Part shown: positions 8,942 to 16,904 of the stretch, one piece after another
Layout: each line of letters starts with the position of its first letter
How positions within the stretch are numbered: position 1 is the stretch's first letter
NCBI RefSeq assembly: GCF_000018785.1
Contig: NC_010163.1
Location: 510,001 to 542,000 of the forward strand
Source: Acholeplasma laidlawii PG-8A
GTDB taxonomy: Bacteria; Bacillota_I; Bacilli_A; Acholeplasmatales; Acholeplasmataceae
DNA length: 32,000 bases
Direction of reading: 5' to 3'
Program-made: the position numbers and the translations under genes
The notes under the pieces: model-generated
The model's input: the letters and a program-made list of their open reading frames with translations, nothing else
Databases searched by the model: none
Told to the model about the DNA's origin: nothing

Positions 8942-10123
8942 ATGAAAATTTTATCGGTTAACGCTGGAAGTTCCAGTTTAAAGTTCCAATTATTACAAAT
9001 GCCAGAAGAATTTGAAATCGCATCTGGTTTAGTTGAAAGAATTGGTAATAAAAATGCAGAATTTAAAATTAAATTTAACGGCTCATCTAAAACTCAAAGT
9101 GATTTAGTCGTTTTAGATCACTCAGTAGCTGTTGATTTAGTTATCAAAGGTTTACTAGAAAATAAGGTGATTGCTTCTTTAGATGAAATTCAAGGCGTTG
9201 GACACCGTGTTGTTCAAGGTGGACAATTATTTAAAGAATCTGTAGTCATTGATGATGATGTGGTTATCAAAATTGCATCTTTAAATGACTTGGCACCACT
9301 TCATAATCCAGCAAACATTATTGGTATTAATGCTTTTAGAAAAGCGATATCAAATGTAATTCATGTTGCAGTGTTTGATACAACATTCCATCAAACTATG
9401 CCAGAAGAAAACTTCTTATATGGTACACCATATGAGTGGTATACAAAACATGGTGTTAGAAAATATGGTTTCCACGGTACATCACACCAATATGTATCTG
9501 AACTTGCACATGCACGTTTAGGCAAAGATCATTCAAGAATAATTGTTGCTCATATCGGTAATGGTGCATCTATTACAGCTGTAAGAGATGGTAAGAGTAT
9601 TGATACATCTATGGGCTTAACACCACTTGAAGGCTTCCCAACGGGAACACGTAGTGGTAATGTAGACCCAGCAATCTTCCAATTAATGCAACAAAAAGAA
9701 GGTTATTCATTAGAAAAAACTTTAAACGAGTTAAATAAAAATAGTGGATATCTAGGTATTTCAGGGGTTTCACATGACTCTAGAGATATTATTGCTGCAG
9801 CAGAAGGCGGCAACAAACGTGCTCAGTTAGCACTTGATATTCAAGCTAAACGTATTGTTGATTACATTGCATCCTACTATGTTTTACTAGGTGGTTTAGA
9901 TGCTTTAGTATTTACTGCAGGTATTGGAGAAAATGCAAAGGAAGTTAGAAAACTTATTTGTGACAGACTTGGTGTATTAGGCATCAAACTTGATGATAAT
10001 AAGAATAATTCAAGAGGCGATAAAGAAATTTCTAGTGATGCTTCAAATGTTAAAATTTGGGTTATTCCTACAAATGAAGAAGTCATGATCGCTCGTGATG
10101 TATTAAGATTACAAAACAAATAG
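8942..10123 (+). CDS. ackA: acetate kinase
   Basis: MKILSVNAGSSSLKFQL, HRVVQGG, FDTTFHQTMP, GFHGTSH and GIGEN are hallmark AckA motifs. AGGAAGG RBS. Confidence 0.95.
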   Translation: MKILSVNAGSSSLKFQLLQMPEEFEIASGLVERIGNKNAEFKIKFNGSSKTQSDLVVLDHSVAVDLVIKGLLENKVIASLDEIQGVGHRVVQGGQLFKESVVIDDDVVIKIASLNDLAPLHNPANIIGINAFRKAISNVIHVAVFDTTFHQTMPEENFLYGTPYEWYTKHGVRKYGFHGTSHQYVSELAHARLGKDHSRIIVAHIGNGASITAVRDGKSIDTSMGLTPLEGFPTGTRSGNVDPAIFQLMQQKEGYSLEKTLNELNKNSGYLGISGVSHDSRDIIAAAEGGNKRAQLALDIQAKRIVDYIASYYVLLGGLDALVFTAGIGENAKEVRKLICDRLGVLGIKLDDNKNNSRGDKEISSDASNVKIWVIPTNEEVMIARDVLRLQNK

Positions 10124-10140
10124 TATATTTAAGTCTAAAA

Positions 10141-10173
10141 GCTCTGATAATTTAGTGTTATCAGGGCTTTTAT
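10141..10173 (+). terminator. intrinsic terminator after ackA
   Basis: Stem gctctgataa (10141-10150) / ttatcagggc (10158-10167) with one G-U pair, a 7-nt loop, then ttttat. Confidence 0.75.
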
Positions 10174-10216
10174 ATTTCATTAAATAGTTTCTGTAAATGG
10201 AAAAATCTAAAGTGTA

Positions 10217-10245
10217 TTGACTAGTAAAATATAAAATGATATAAT
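10217..10245 (+). promoter_or_regulatory. promoter of the liv-type operon (TTGACT-17-TATAAT with extended -10 TG)
   Basis: TTGACT at 10217-10222, a 17-nt spacer, TG at 10237-10238 and TATAAT at 10240-10245. This leaves a roughly 180-nt leader before livH. Confidence 0.6.
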
Positions 10246-10258
10246 CAAAAATGTAAGG

Positions 10259-10272
10259 TGAACATATATTCA
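10259..10272. promoter_or_regulatory. palindromic box TGAACATATATTCA, 13 nt downstream of the liv -10
   Basis: Same 14-mer family as 16667-16680 and 16853-16866. The shared extension ATTCATAT matches the box at 16853. Confidence 0.4.
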
Positions 10273-10425
10273 TATTCTTAAACCGATTATGGACAATATA
10301 TTCGTTATCTGGTTATCAAGTTTCAAAACTATTTTTTTTCTAACAAAAAGTAAGCGTTTTCTAAAAAAACTAGAAACCATTAATCTAGAAAAAAAAGACC
10401 TAAACTAAGTCTACAGGAGGACATT

Positions 10426-11349
10426 ATGCAAATAGTAGTTGACATATTAAATTCAATTCTATTTGATGCGGCGATTTTATCGCTCGTCACAATGGGTATT
10501 GTATTAATATTTAGAACTTCAATCACAACAAACTTTGCACAAGGTACGATTGCAACATTCTCTGCTTATACAGTTACAGCAATAGTTGATCTCGTGTTTC
10601 GTGCTTACTTACCAAATATGCCAATGGCACTAATTTTAATTCTTTCTATGATCATTGGTATTATTACTGCATCTTTAATTGGTTTATTTATAGATGTTGT
10701 ATTAATCAGACATTCAAGATTTACAAACCCTATTGCAAAACAAATGATAACCATGGGTGTTATCATGCTTTTGACAGGTTTACAAACTGTTATATTCACT
10801 CAGTTAGGTATGGAAACAAGAACACCACAATTTTTCACTGATAGTTTAGGAACTCATAAAATCATTTCTTATGTTCTCACTATCGTTGTAATTGGTACAA
10901 TCTTCGTAATGCTTAAGTTCACTAAATGGGGAATTGGTGTTAGAGCAACAGCATCTAATGAAAAAGTTGCAAGTATGATGGGTGTTAATACAAAGAGAAT
11001 TACTTTAACATCTTGGGCGATTGCCAGTGCATTAGGTGCATTAGCAGCTGCACTTTATGCGCCAACAATCTTTACACTATCACCAAACATGATGGTAGGT
11101 ATGCAAGTTAATGGATTCTTAGCAGCAGTATTAGGTGGATTTACATCTTTTGGTGGTCCAATCATTGCAGCAGTTTTAATGACTTCTGCAAGAGTGATTG
11201 CAACAAAATTATTATTTGGTGTTCCAGTAGTAATCTTGGGATCACAAATTGATGTATGGGTTCCAGCATTTGTGTATCTTGTATTATTTATCGTAATTCT
11301 ATTTAAGCCTTTAGGTTTATTTGGCAAGAAAATAGTGAAGAAGGTATAG
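10426..11349 (+). CDS. livH: branched-chain amino acid ABC transporter permease (LivH-like)
   Basis: 307-aa polytopic protein with LivH-like segments (ITTNFAQGTIATFSAY, ASNEKVASMMGVN). AGGAGG lies 5 nt upstream. Confidence 0.88.
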   Translation: MQIVVDILNSILFDAAILSLVTMGIVLIFRTSITTNFAQGTIATFSAYTVTAIVDLVFRAYLPNMPMALILILSMIIGIITASLIGLFIDVVLIRHSRFTNPIAKQMITMGVIMLLTGLQTVIFTQLGMETRTPQFFTDSLGTHKIISYVLTIVVIGTIFVMLKFTKWGIGVRATASNEKVASMMGVNTKRITLTSWAIASALGALAAALYAPTIFTLSPNMMVGMQVNGFLAAVLGGFTSFGGPIIAAVLMTSARVIATKLLFGVPVVILGSQIDVWVPAFVYLVLFIVILFKPLGLFGKKIVKKV

Positions 11350-11351
11350 AT

Positions 11352-12431
11352 ATGAAAGACAAGATGATTAAATTACGCAAAAGTATGGCTTCATATATTA
11401 GCCTTTCAAATTTACCTAAAATATTATTATTTATGTTCTTAATGTTGGTAGTGCCTCTATTATTGGGTTTTCCAGCATCTACATTAACATTCTTAACTAA
11501 ATTTATGGTGTTATCTATTGTTGGTTTAGGATTTTCAATATTACTTGGCTATACAGGCTTAGCATCATTAGGCACTGCAGGATTTATCGCAATTGGTACA
11601 TATGTATTAGGTTTTATGCATAATCAAATGAACGCAAGTTTATTTGTAGTGATCATTGTAGGTATTGCCCTAGCTTTACTATTAGGTGCGATTGTTGGTG
11701 TCATTTCCTTACGTATTGAAGGAATGTATTTGGCAATTATTACACTTGGTTTATCTGAAATTATAATTGAGTTTTTAAGGAATGCAATTTCAATAACTAA
11801 CGGTAATGGTGGACTACAATTACAAGGATTTAGTATCTTTGGCATTACCCACTCAACTGTTAATCTGGAGTATATTCAAGCATTCTATATATTCATTATA
11901 GTTGTCTTAGGTATCTTCATGTTACTTTACTCAAATATCGTTACATCTCAAACAGGTCGTGCGATGCTTGCTGTTAAAAATAATACAAGTGCTGCACAAG
12001 CTATGGGTATTTCAATCTTAAAATATAGATTATTAGCGTTTATCTTATCTACAATTACAGCATTAGTTGGTGGTATCTTATATGTGTCAATTGATGCTTA
12101 CACAGAACCAAACCTTTGGACACTTGCTATCTCGTTAAATATTTTAGCTGCTATTATCTTAGGTGGATCTAAATCGATGTGGGGTGTTTTAATTGGTATG
12201 TTTATCATCTTTGGTTTAAGGGATGTTGTATTGGTTCGTGTACCTTTCTTTGCTGAAAACGGAAATGCTATATTCTTCTTTACAGGAATTATTGTCATAT
12301 TAATTATTATGTTCTACCCACAAGGTTTAATTAAATTACTTGAAAAACAGTGGTTTAAACTTAAGAACTATATAAAAAACAAGATGAATAAGAAGGGAGT
12401 TTTAGAACATGAAAATGTCAAAAAAGATTAA
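11352..12431 (+). CDS. livM: branched-chain amino acid ABC transporter permease (LivM-like)
   Basis: 359-aa polytopic protein with LLGYTGLASLGTAGFIAIGTY and AVKNNTSAAQAMGI motifs. Starts 2 nt after the livH stop. Confidence 0.88.
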   Translation: MKDKMIKLRKSMASYISLSNLPKILLFMFLMLVVPLLLGFPASTLTFLTKFMVLSIVGLGFSILLGYTGLASLGTAGFIAIGTYVLGFMHNQMNASLFVVIIVGIALALLLGAIVGVISLRIEGMYLAIITLGLSEIIIEFLRNAISITNGNGGLQLQGFSIFGITHSTVNLEYIQAFYIFIIVVLGIFMLLYSNIVTSQTGRAMLAVKNNTSAAQAMGISILKYRLLAFILSTITALVGGILYVSIDAYTEPNLWTLAISLNILAAIILGGSKSMWGVLIGMFIIFGLRDVVLVRVPFFAENGNAIFFFTGIIVILIIMFYPQGLIKLLEKQWFKLKNYIKNKMNKKGVLEHENVKKD

Positions 12432-13392
12432 TCAGATAAAACTCAATTGGCTTATTCAAAGAAAAAAAGCATTAAATCTAAAAATTGATTATTACAAGTT
12501 GCAAGATAAAGTGGATAGAGTAACTAGTCTGAAACTTAAACTTGATCACATCAATAAGTCTATTGAAAAGATAGTACAACTTCAGGATAATCAAAATAGT
12601 TATTCAATCGATGAAGGTGTGATACTGGATATTCAAAATCTAACCATGAAGTTTGGTGGATTAACAGCAGTAGATGATTTAAGTTTTAAAGTGAAAAAAG
12701 GCGAGATATTTGGACTTATCGGACCAAACGGTGCTGGTAAAACTACAATATTTAACTGTATTACACAGTTTTATAAGACACCTCATGGACGTACTTTCTT
12801 TGTTAATAATGAAAATGAGTTAGTTAATTTAAGTGAGATTGCTGTGCATAACGTCATTAAAGAAGGTGTTGTAAGAACGTTCCAAAATATTGAACTTATT
12901 TGGGAACTATCTATCTTAGAAAACTTACTGATAGCTGGACATACATTATATACTTCAAATTTCTTTGATCACTTATTTAGAACCCCTAAGTATCGTAGAG
13001 AAGATAAAGTAATTCGTGCTAAAGCAATGCATATTCTTAAAGAGCTAAACTTAGAAGCTTATACACACGTATATCCTCTAGGGTTACCTTATGGTATCTT
13101 AAAATTAGTAGAACTTGCTCGTACATTAATGACAAATCCATCACTTATCATCTTGGATGAACCAGCTGCTGGTTTAAATGAACAAGAAACTGAAAAATTA
13201 GCACAAACCATCAAAAAGATTCAACAAGATTTTAAAGCAACCATATTCTTGGTTGAACACGATATGGGTTTTGTGATGAATTTATGTAATACAATTTGTG
13301 CAATATCCTTTGGTAAAATGCTTGCCATAGGTACACCTGAAGAAATTAAGAAGCATCCTAAAGTACAAGAAGCATATTTGGGTGGTGAATAA
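12409..13392 (+). CDS. livG: ABC transporter ATP-binding protein (LivG-like) with a roughly 68-aa N-terminal charged extension
   Basis: Walker [10 protein letters not shown], signature-region [13 protein letters not shown], Walker [19 protein letters not shown] lies 9 nt upstream of the ATG at 12409. Overlaps livM by 23 nt. Confidence 0.88.
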   Translation: MKMSKKINQIKLNWLIQRKKALNLKIDYYKLQDKVDRVTSLKLKLDHINKSIEKIVQLQDNQNSYSIDEGVILDIQNLTMKFGGLTAVDDLSFKVKKGEIFGLIGPNGAGKTTIFNCITQFYKTPHGRTFFVNNENELVNLSEIAVHNVIKEGVVRTFQNIELIWELSILENLLIAGHTLYTSNFFDHLFRTPKYRREDKVIRAKAMHILKELNLEAYTHVYPLGLPYGILKLVELARTLMTNPSLIILDEPAAGLNEQETEKLAQTIKKIQQDFKATIFLVEHDMGFVMNLCNTICAISFGKMLAIGTPEEIKKHPKVQEAYLGGE

Positions 13393-13393
13393 C

Positions 13394-14098
13394 ATGAACA
13401 TTATTGAAATTAAAGATCTTGTGATCGATTACGGTATCGTAAGAGCTGTAAAAGGTGTCAACCTCAACGTAAAAAAAGGAACCATTGTTGCCCTACTTGG
13501 CTCTAATGGTGCGGGTAAAACCTCACTTATTAGATCCGTATCTGGAGCAACCAAAGTGAAATCTGGTGAAATTTTATTTAATGGCGTAGATATTAAAAAT
13601 ATTGAACCTTATAAAATTGCTGGTATGGGTGTTAAACAATCACCTGAAGGTAGAATGATTCTAAATGGTCTTACTGTTGAAGAAAATCTATTAGTTGGTG
13701 CCTACACAGTACCTAAAAAGCGTATTCCAGAGTTACTACAAAGTGTATATACTTATTTTCCTAGACTTCAAGAAAGAAGAAAGCAACAAGCATCTACCTT
13801 ATCCGGTGGAGAGCAACAAATGCTTTCAATTGGTAGAGCACTTATGGGAGAACCAGAAGTATTACTACTAGATGAACCATCTTTAGGTCTCGCACCACTC
13901 ATTGTTAAAGATATATTTGAAATTATTATTAAAATTCGTGATGCTGGTAAAACAATTCTAATTGTTGAGCAAAACGCATTACAAACACTTAAAATTGCAG
14001 ATTATGCATATATTCTTGAATTAGGTAAGATCGTAAGTGAAGGTAAAGGTCAAGACCTAGTGAAAGATGAATCGCTAATCAATGCATATTTAGGTTAA
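13394..14098 (+). CDS. livF: ABC transporter ATP-binding protein (LivF-like)
   Basis: Walker A GSNGAGKTS, signature LSGGEQQML, Walker B LLLLDEPSLGL. I prefer the ATG at 13394 to the track's GTG at 13382. Confidence 0.88.
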   Translation: MNIIEIKDLVIDYGIVRAVKGVNLNVKKGTIVALLGSNGAGKTSLIRSVSGATKVKSGEILFNGVDIKNIEPYKIAGMGVKQSPEGRMILNGLTVEENLLVGAYTVPKKRIPELLQSVYTYFPRLQERRKQQASTLSGGEQQMLSIGRALMGEPEVLLLDEPSLGLAPLIVKDIFEIIIKIRDAGKTILIVEQNALQTLKIADYAYILELGKIVSEGKGQDLVKDESLINAYLG

Positions 14099-14153
14099 GC
14101 ATTAAATAAGGGTATTTAAAAAGCCGTTGGCTATAAAAAAAAGGAGAAGTAAG

Positions 14154-15905
14154 ATGAAAAAAATATTAGGTTTATTTTTACTAGTTCTTTCAGCTTTAGT
14201 ACTTGTAGCATGTACTGAAACAAAAGTTGAAATCGCTAGATTATCAGTTACGCCACCTACTAAAGTAGAATACGAAGTTGGTGAAGCGTTTGATGCAACT
14301 GGTATGGTTGTAAAAGCAATCTATACTGATGGAACTGACAAAACTTTAACAAGTTCAGAATACGAACTTTCTGGTTTTAGTTCAGCAACTCCAGGATTGG
14401 TAACTGTTACAGTAACTTACAATGAAGTTACTGAAAAGTTTGGTGTGGCAATCTTTGATAAAGATGCACCTGAAACAGCTTTAGCTATTCGTGTTTTAAG
14501 CACACCTGATCAACAATTTTATACAGTATCTGAAGAATTCGATCCAACAGGTCTTGAGGTAGAAGTTACATACTCAACAGGTAGAAAAGAAATTCTAGAT
14601 GCAAGTGAATATCAATTACTAGGATTTAAGAAAGGTATCATCGGCAAATACGATGTAGTTGTTAAATTTGGGGATCTAGAAACAACATTCTTTACTCAAG
14701 TTAGAGCAACTAATGTCCAAGGTGTGACTGATACAACTATTAAAGTAGGTAACACTGCTGCTATTACTGGTACTTATTCATTTATCGGTATTCCATTTGT
14801 TGCTGGTATGAAAGCCGCTTTTGAAGTAGTTAATGAAGCTGGTGGTATTGATGGAAGATTAATCGAATACGTAAACAGAGATGATGGTTTTGATGCAAAC
14901 GTTGGTATTACTAATACAGGTAAATTAATCAATGAAGATAAAGTATTTGCATTAGTTGGTCACTTTGGAACAGGTACTGTTGCTGCAACTATCCCTACAA
15001 TTAGAGAAGTTGGTATTCCAATGGTTTATGCAGCTACAGGTGTAAATAATTTATACTTTGAAGTAAGTCCTTTAAATCCAGTTATGCCAGTTCAACCAAT
15101 CTACTTAACAGATGGTAGAATTATGACAGCTAGAGCATTAAAAGAAGCAGTTTATGGTCCAAATAAAGACCAAAAATTAGGTGCTAATGATAAAGTTGGT
15201 GTTCTATACTCTGCAGCTTTAGATGGTACTTCAATTAAAGAAGGTGTTGAAGTTGAAGCTAAGACTCATGGCGTTAATGGAAACTTCATCTACCAAGTAT
15301 TTGATCCACAAAATACTGCTCAATTAACAACTACAATTCAAAGTTTTAAAACTGCTGGTGTGAAGTCAATTATTGTTGCTGCTAACCAAGCAGGTTTCAA
15401 ATCTGTAATTGGTACAATGCAAGCTGAACAATTAAATGTTCCTACATTCACATCTTATGTAAATGCTGATGCAACTGCTGTTGATGCAAATACAGCTTAT
15501 ACATTTGATATTTATACAAATGCTTGGGTAGACATTCTTTCTGAAGAAGGTCAAGCGTCAGCAGGTGTATTCGTTCAAGCAATCATGGGAGCATCATTCT
15601 TAACAGAAGCTGAAAGAACTGCTTATGCAGGTAACTCATTTGCAATCGCTGGTTATATTGCTGCTATTAACTTTATTGATGGTTTAAAACGTGTTGAAGC
15701 AAATGAACAAGATTTAACTTGGGAAACATTTATTAAAGCTATGGAAGAAGGTCCACTTGATATTCCAATGGGTGGTACTGTAGACTTCTCTGGTGGTAAA
15801 CGCTGGGGTATCGCTTCTATGTCATTATTAAAATATAACTCAACTAGCAAGACTTTTGATTTAGTTGAACCAATTGAAACTTTAGAAACAATTCAAAATA
15901 AGTAA
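14154..15905 (+). CDS. lipoprotein: two tandem Ig-like (Big_3-like) domains fused to a LivK/type-1 periplasmic-binding-fold amino-acid binding domain
   Basis: ATG at 14154 with AAGGAG (14141-14146) 7 nt upstream. Signal peptide with lipobox LVAC (Cys codon at 14211). Two repeats of about 76 aa at 14229-14456 and 14478-14705. The rest is LivK-like (IKVGNTAAITG, VNEAGGIDGR, ALVGHFGTG). Confidence 0.85.
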   Translation: MKKILGLFLLVLSALVLVACTETKVEIARLSVTPPTKVEYEVGEAFDATGMVVKAIYTDGTDKTLTSSEYELSGFSSATPGLVTVTVTYNEVTEKFGVAIFDKDAPETALAIRVLSTPDQQFYTVSEEFDPTGLEVEVTYSTGRKEILDASEYQLLGFKKGIIGKYDVVVKFGDLETTFFTQVRATNVQGVTDTTIKVGNTAAITGTYSFIGIPFVAGMKAAFEVVNEAGGIDGRLIEYVNRDDGFDANVGITNTGKLINEDKVFALVGHFGTGTVAATIPTIREVGIPMVYAATGVNNLYFEVSPLNPVMPVQPIYLTDGRIMTARALKEAVYGPNKDQKLGANDKVGVLYSAALDGTSIKEGVEVEAKTHGVNGNFIYQVFDPQNTAQLTTTIQSFKTAGVKSIIVAANQAGFKSVIGTMQAEQLNVPTFTSYVNADATAVDANTAYTFDIYTNAWVDILSEEGQASAGVFVQAIMGASFLTEAERTAYAGNSFAIAGYIAAINFIDGLKRVEANEQDLTWETFIKAMEEGPLDIPMGGTVDFSGGKRWGIASMSLLKYNSTSKTFDLVEPIETLETIQNK

Positions 15906-15928
15906 AATCTTCTAAAAAGACGATTAAA

Positions 15929-15965
15929 AAAGAGAAATTCAATATTTTGGATTTCTCTTTCTTTA
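15929..15965. terminator. intrinsic terminator between the convergent liv operon and tetR (possibly bidirectional)
   Basis: Stem aaagagaaat (15929-15938) / atttctcttt (15951-15960), followed by ctttat. An A-run on the left flank would supply the T-run for the minus strand. Confidence 0.65.
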
Positions 15966-15987
15966 TCGTAAATAAAATATTTAGTTA

Positions 15988-16605
15988 TTAGTTTGACCGA
16001 TTAGTAAACATACCATATTTTAGGAAATAAATAACTTGATCAACGATTCTATCTATTTCAGCATCTGAAATTTTATCCTTGAATAAGATTTGCATACCGA
16101 TGAAATTAGATATACCCATGAGCATAAACGCAAGGGTTTCTAGATCAATATTTGAATCCACTTCATGCGCATCGACTGCAGTTTGAAGATTCTTCATGTA
16201 AACTTTAGCAAAGTTACTGTAGTAATCTTGGAATAAGTCATGATCTACAAACATAGACTCCCAAATGATTCTGTAGCTAAGTGGATCTTGTCTAGAAAAA
16301 TTAATGAATGTTTTTAGACCAACACGTTCTTTTTCTTCCCTTGTTGGTAAATCTTTTATTGCAATTTGAATTATTTTACGAATTTGTTTAGAATAGTCAT
16401 TTAATAGATAATCATAAACGGCTCTTTTGTCGTCAAAATAAATATAGAAAGTTCCGATAGCAACCTTTGCCTCAGCAATAATTTCATTGGTAGAAGTAGC
16501 TAAAAAACCTTTCTCGGCAAAGAGTTTACGAGATACTTTTAGTATACGGTAAAAAGATTTGTAACCTGTCTGTGTTTTAGGTAATCTTATAGAATTTGAT
16601 GTCAT
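15988..16605 (-). CDS. TetR/AcrR family transcriptional regulator
   Basis: N-terminal HTH (RKLFAEKGFLATSTNEIIAEAKVAIGTFYIYFDDKRAV). I prefer the ATG at 16605, which has AGGAG 7 nt upstream, over the track's GTG at 16611. Divergent from the thiolase operon. Confidence 0.88.
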   Translation of the reverse strand: MTSNSIRLPKTQTGYKSFYRILKVSRKLFAEKGFLATSTNEIIAEAKVAIGTFYIYFDDKRAVYDYLLNDYSKQIRKIIQIAIKDLPTREEKERVGLKTFINFSRQDPLSYRIIWESMFVDHDLFQDYYSNFAKVYMKNLQTAVDAHEVDSNIDLETLAFMLMGISNFIGMQILFKDKISDAEIDRIVDQVIYFLKYGMFTNRSN

Positions 16606-16666
16606 ACACACGCTCCTGTTAAGTGATTAAATTTTGTTATTAAATTGAAATGATTTCACTGAAATG

Positions 16667-16680
16667 TGAACATAGATTCA
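16667..16680. promoter_or_regulatory. palindromic box TGAACATAGATTCA in the tetR upstream region (candidate autoregulatory operator)
   Basis: Abuts a minus-strand TATAAT hexamer (plus-strand attata at 16680-16685). Lies 62-75 nt upstream of the tetR ATG. Confidence 0.45.
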
Positions 16681-16818
16681 TTATACACTATTTACATTCT
16701 ATTCATATAAAAAATAGCATTTATCATTGATTTTATATAGTAAAACGCTTCGATAATACGAAAATCAGAATTTAATCAAATAAAATGGAGAAAAAATATA
16801 AAGCGTTTTCATTTTGTA

Positions 16819-16847
16819 TTGACACAGTGATAAAAAAGTGATAAAAT
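16819..16847 (+). promoter_or_regulatory. promoter of the thiolase operon (TTGACA-17-TAAAAT with extended -10 TG)
   Basis: TTGACA at 16819-16824, a 17-nt spacer, TG at 16839-16840 and TAAAAT at 16842-16847. Confidence 0.65.
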
Positions 16848-16852
16848 AAACA

Positions 16853-16866
16853 TGAACAAACATTCA
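16853..16866. promoter_or_regulatory. palindromic box TGAACAAACATTCA, 5 nt downstream of the thiolase-operon -10 (candidate operator over the transcription start)
   Basis: Read directly from the sequence. Its geometry relative to the -10 resembles the boxes at 10259 and 16667. Confidence 0.45.
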
Positions 16867-16904
16867 TATTTCAAATATACTATATAAAGAAAAGAGGAAA
16901 TGTT

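Noticed and set aside
10289-10408. 39-codon upstream ORF (MDNIFVIWLSSFKTIFFLTK...) in the liv leader, as a possible Ile/Leu/Val attenuation leader peptide
   Set aside because: It has no Shine-Dalgarno sequence, no run of consecutive regulatory codons, and no terminator/antiterminator pair with a T-run after it. An ORF of this length can arise by chance.
10246-10425. T-box or other known riboswitch in the liv leader; CodY box around 10355-10369
   Set aside because: I could not find the conserved T-box sequence (AANNNGGGTGGTACCGCG-like) or a specifier/terminator architecture. The CodY comparison (AATTTTCWGAAAATT versus cgTTTTCTaAAAAaa) has about five mismatches.
14135-14142. A8 homopolymer just upstream of the lipoprotein RBS, as a mycoplasma-style phase-variation switch
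   Set aside because: It lies inside an operon, between livF and the binding-protein gene, not between -35 and -10 elements. Similar A/T runs are common throughout this AT-rich window. There is no evidence of length heterogeneity.
16667-16866. Interpreting the TGAAYA-N3-ATTCA boxes as Rex operators or as cre sites
   Set aside because: Rex boxes have TGAA and TTCA arms separated by 4 nt, not 6. cre sites need a central CG, which these boxes lack. The resemblance is limited to the arms, so neither assignment is supported.
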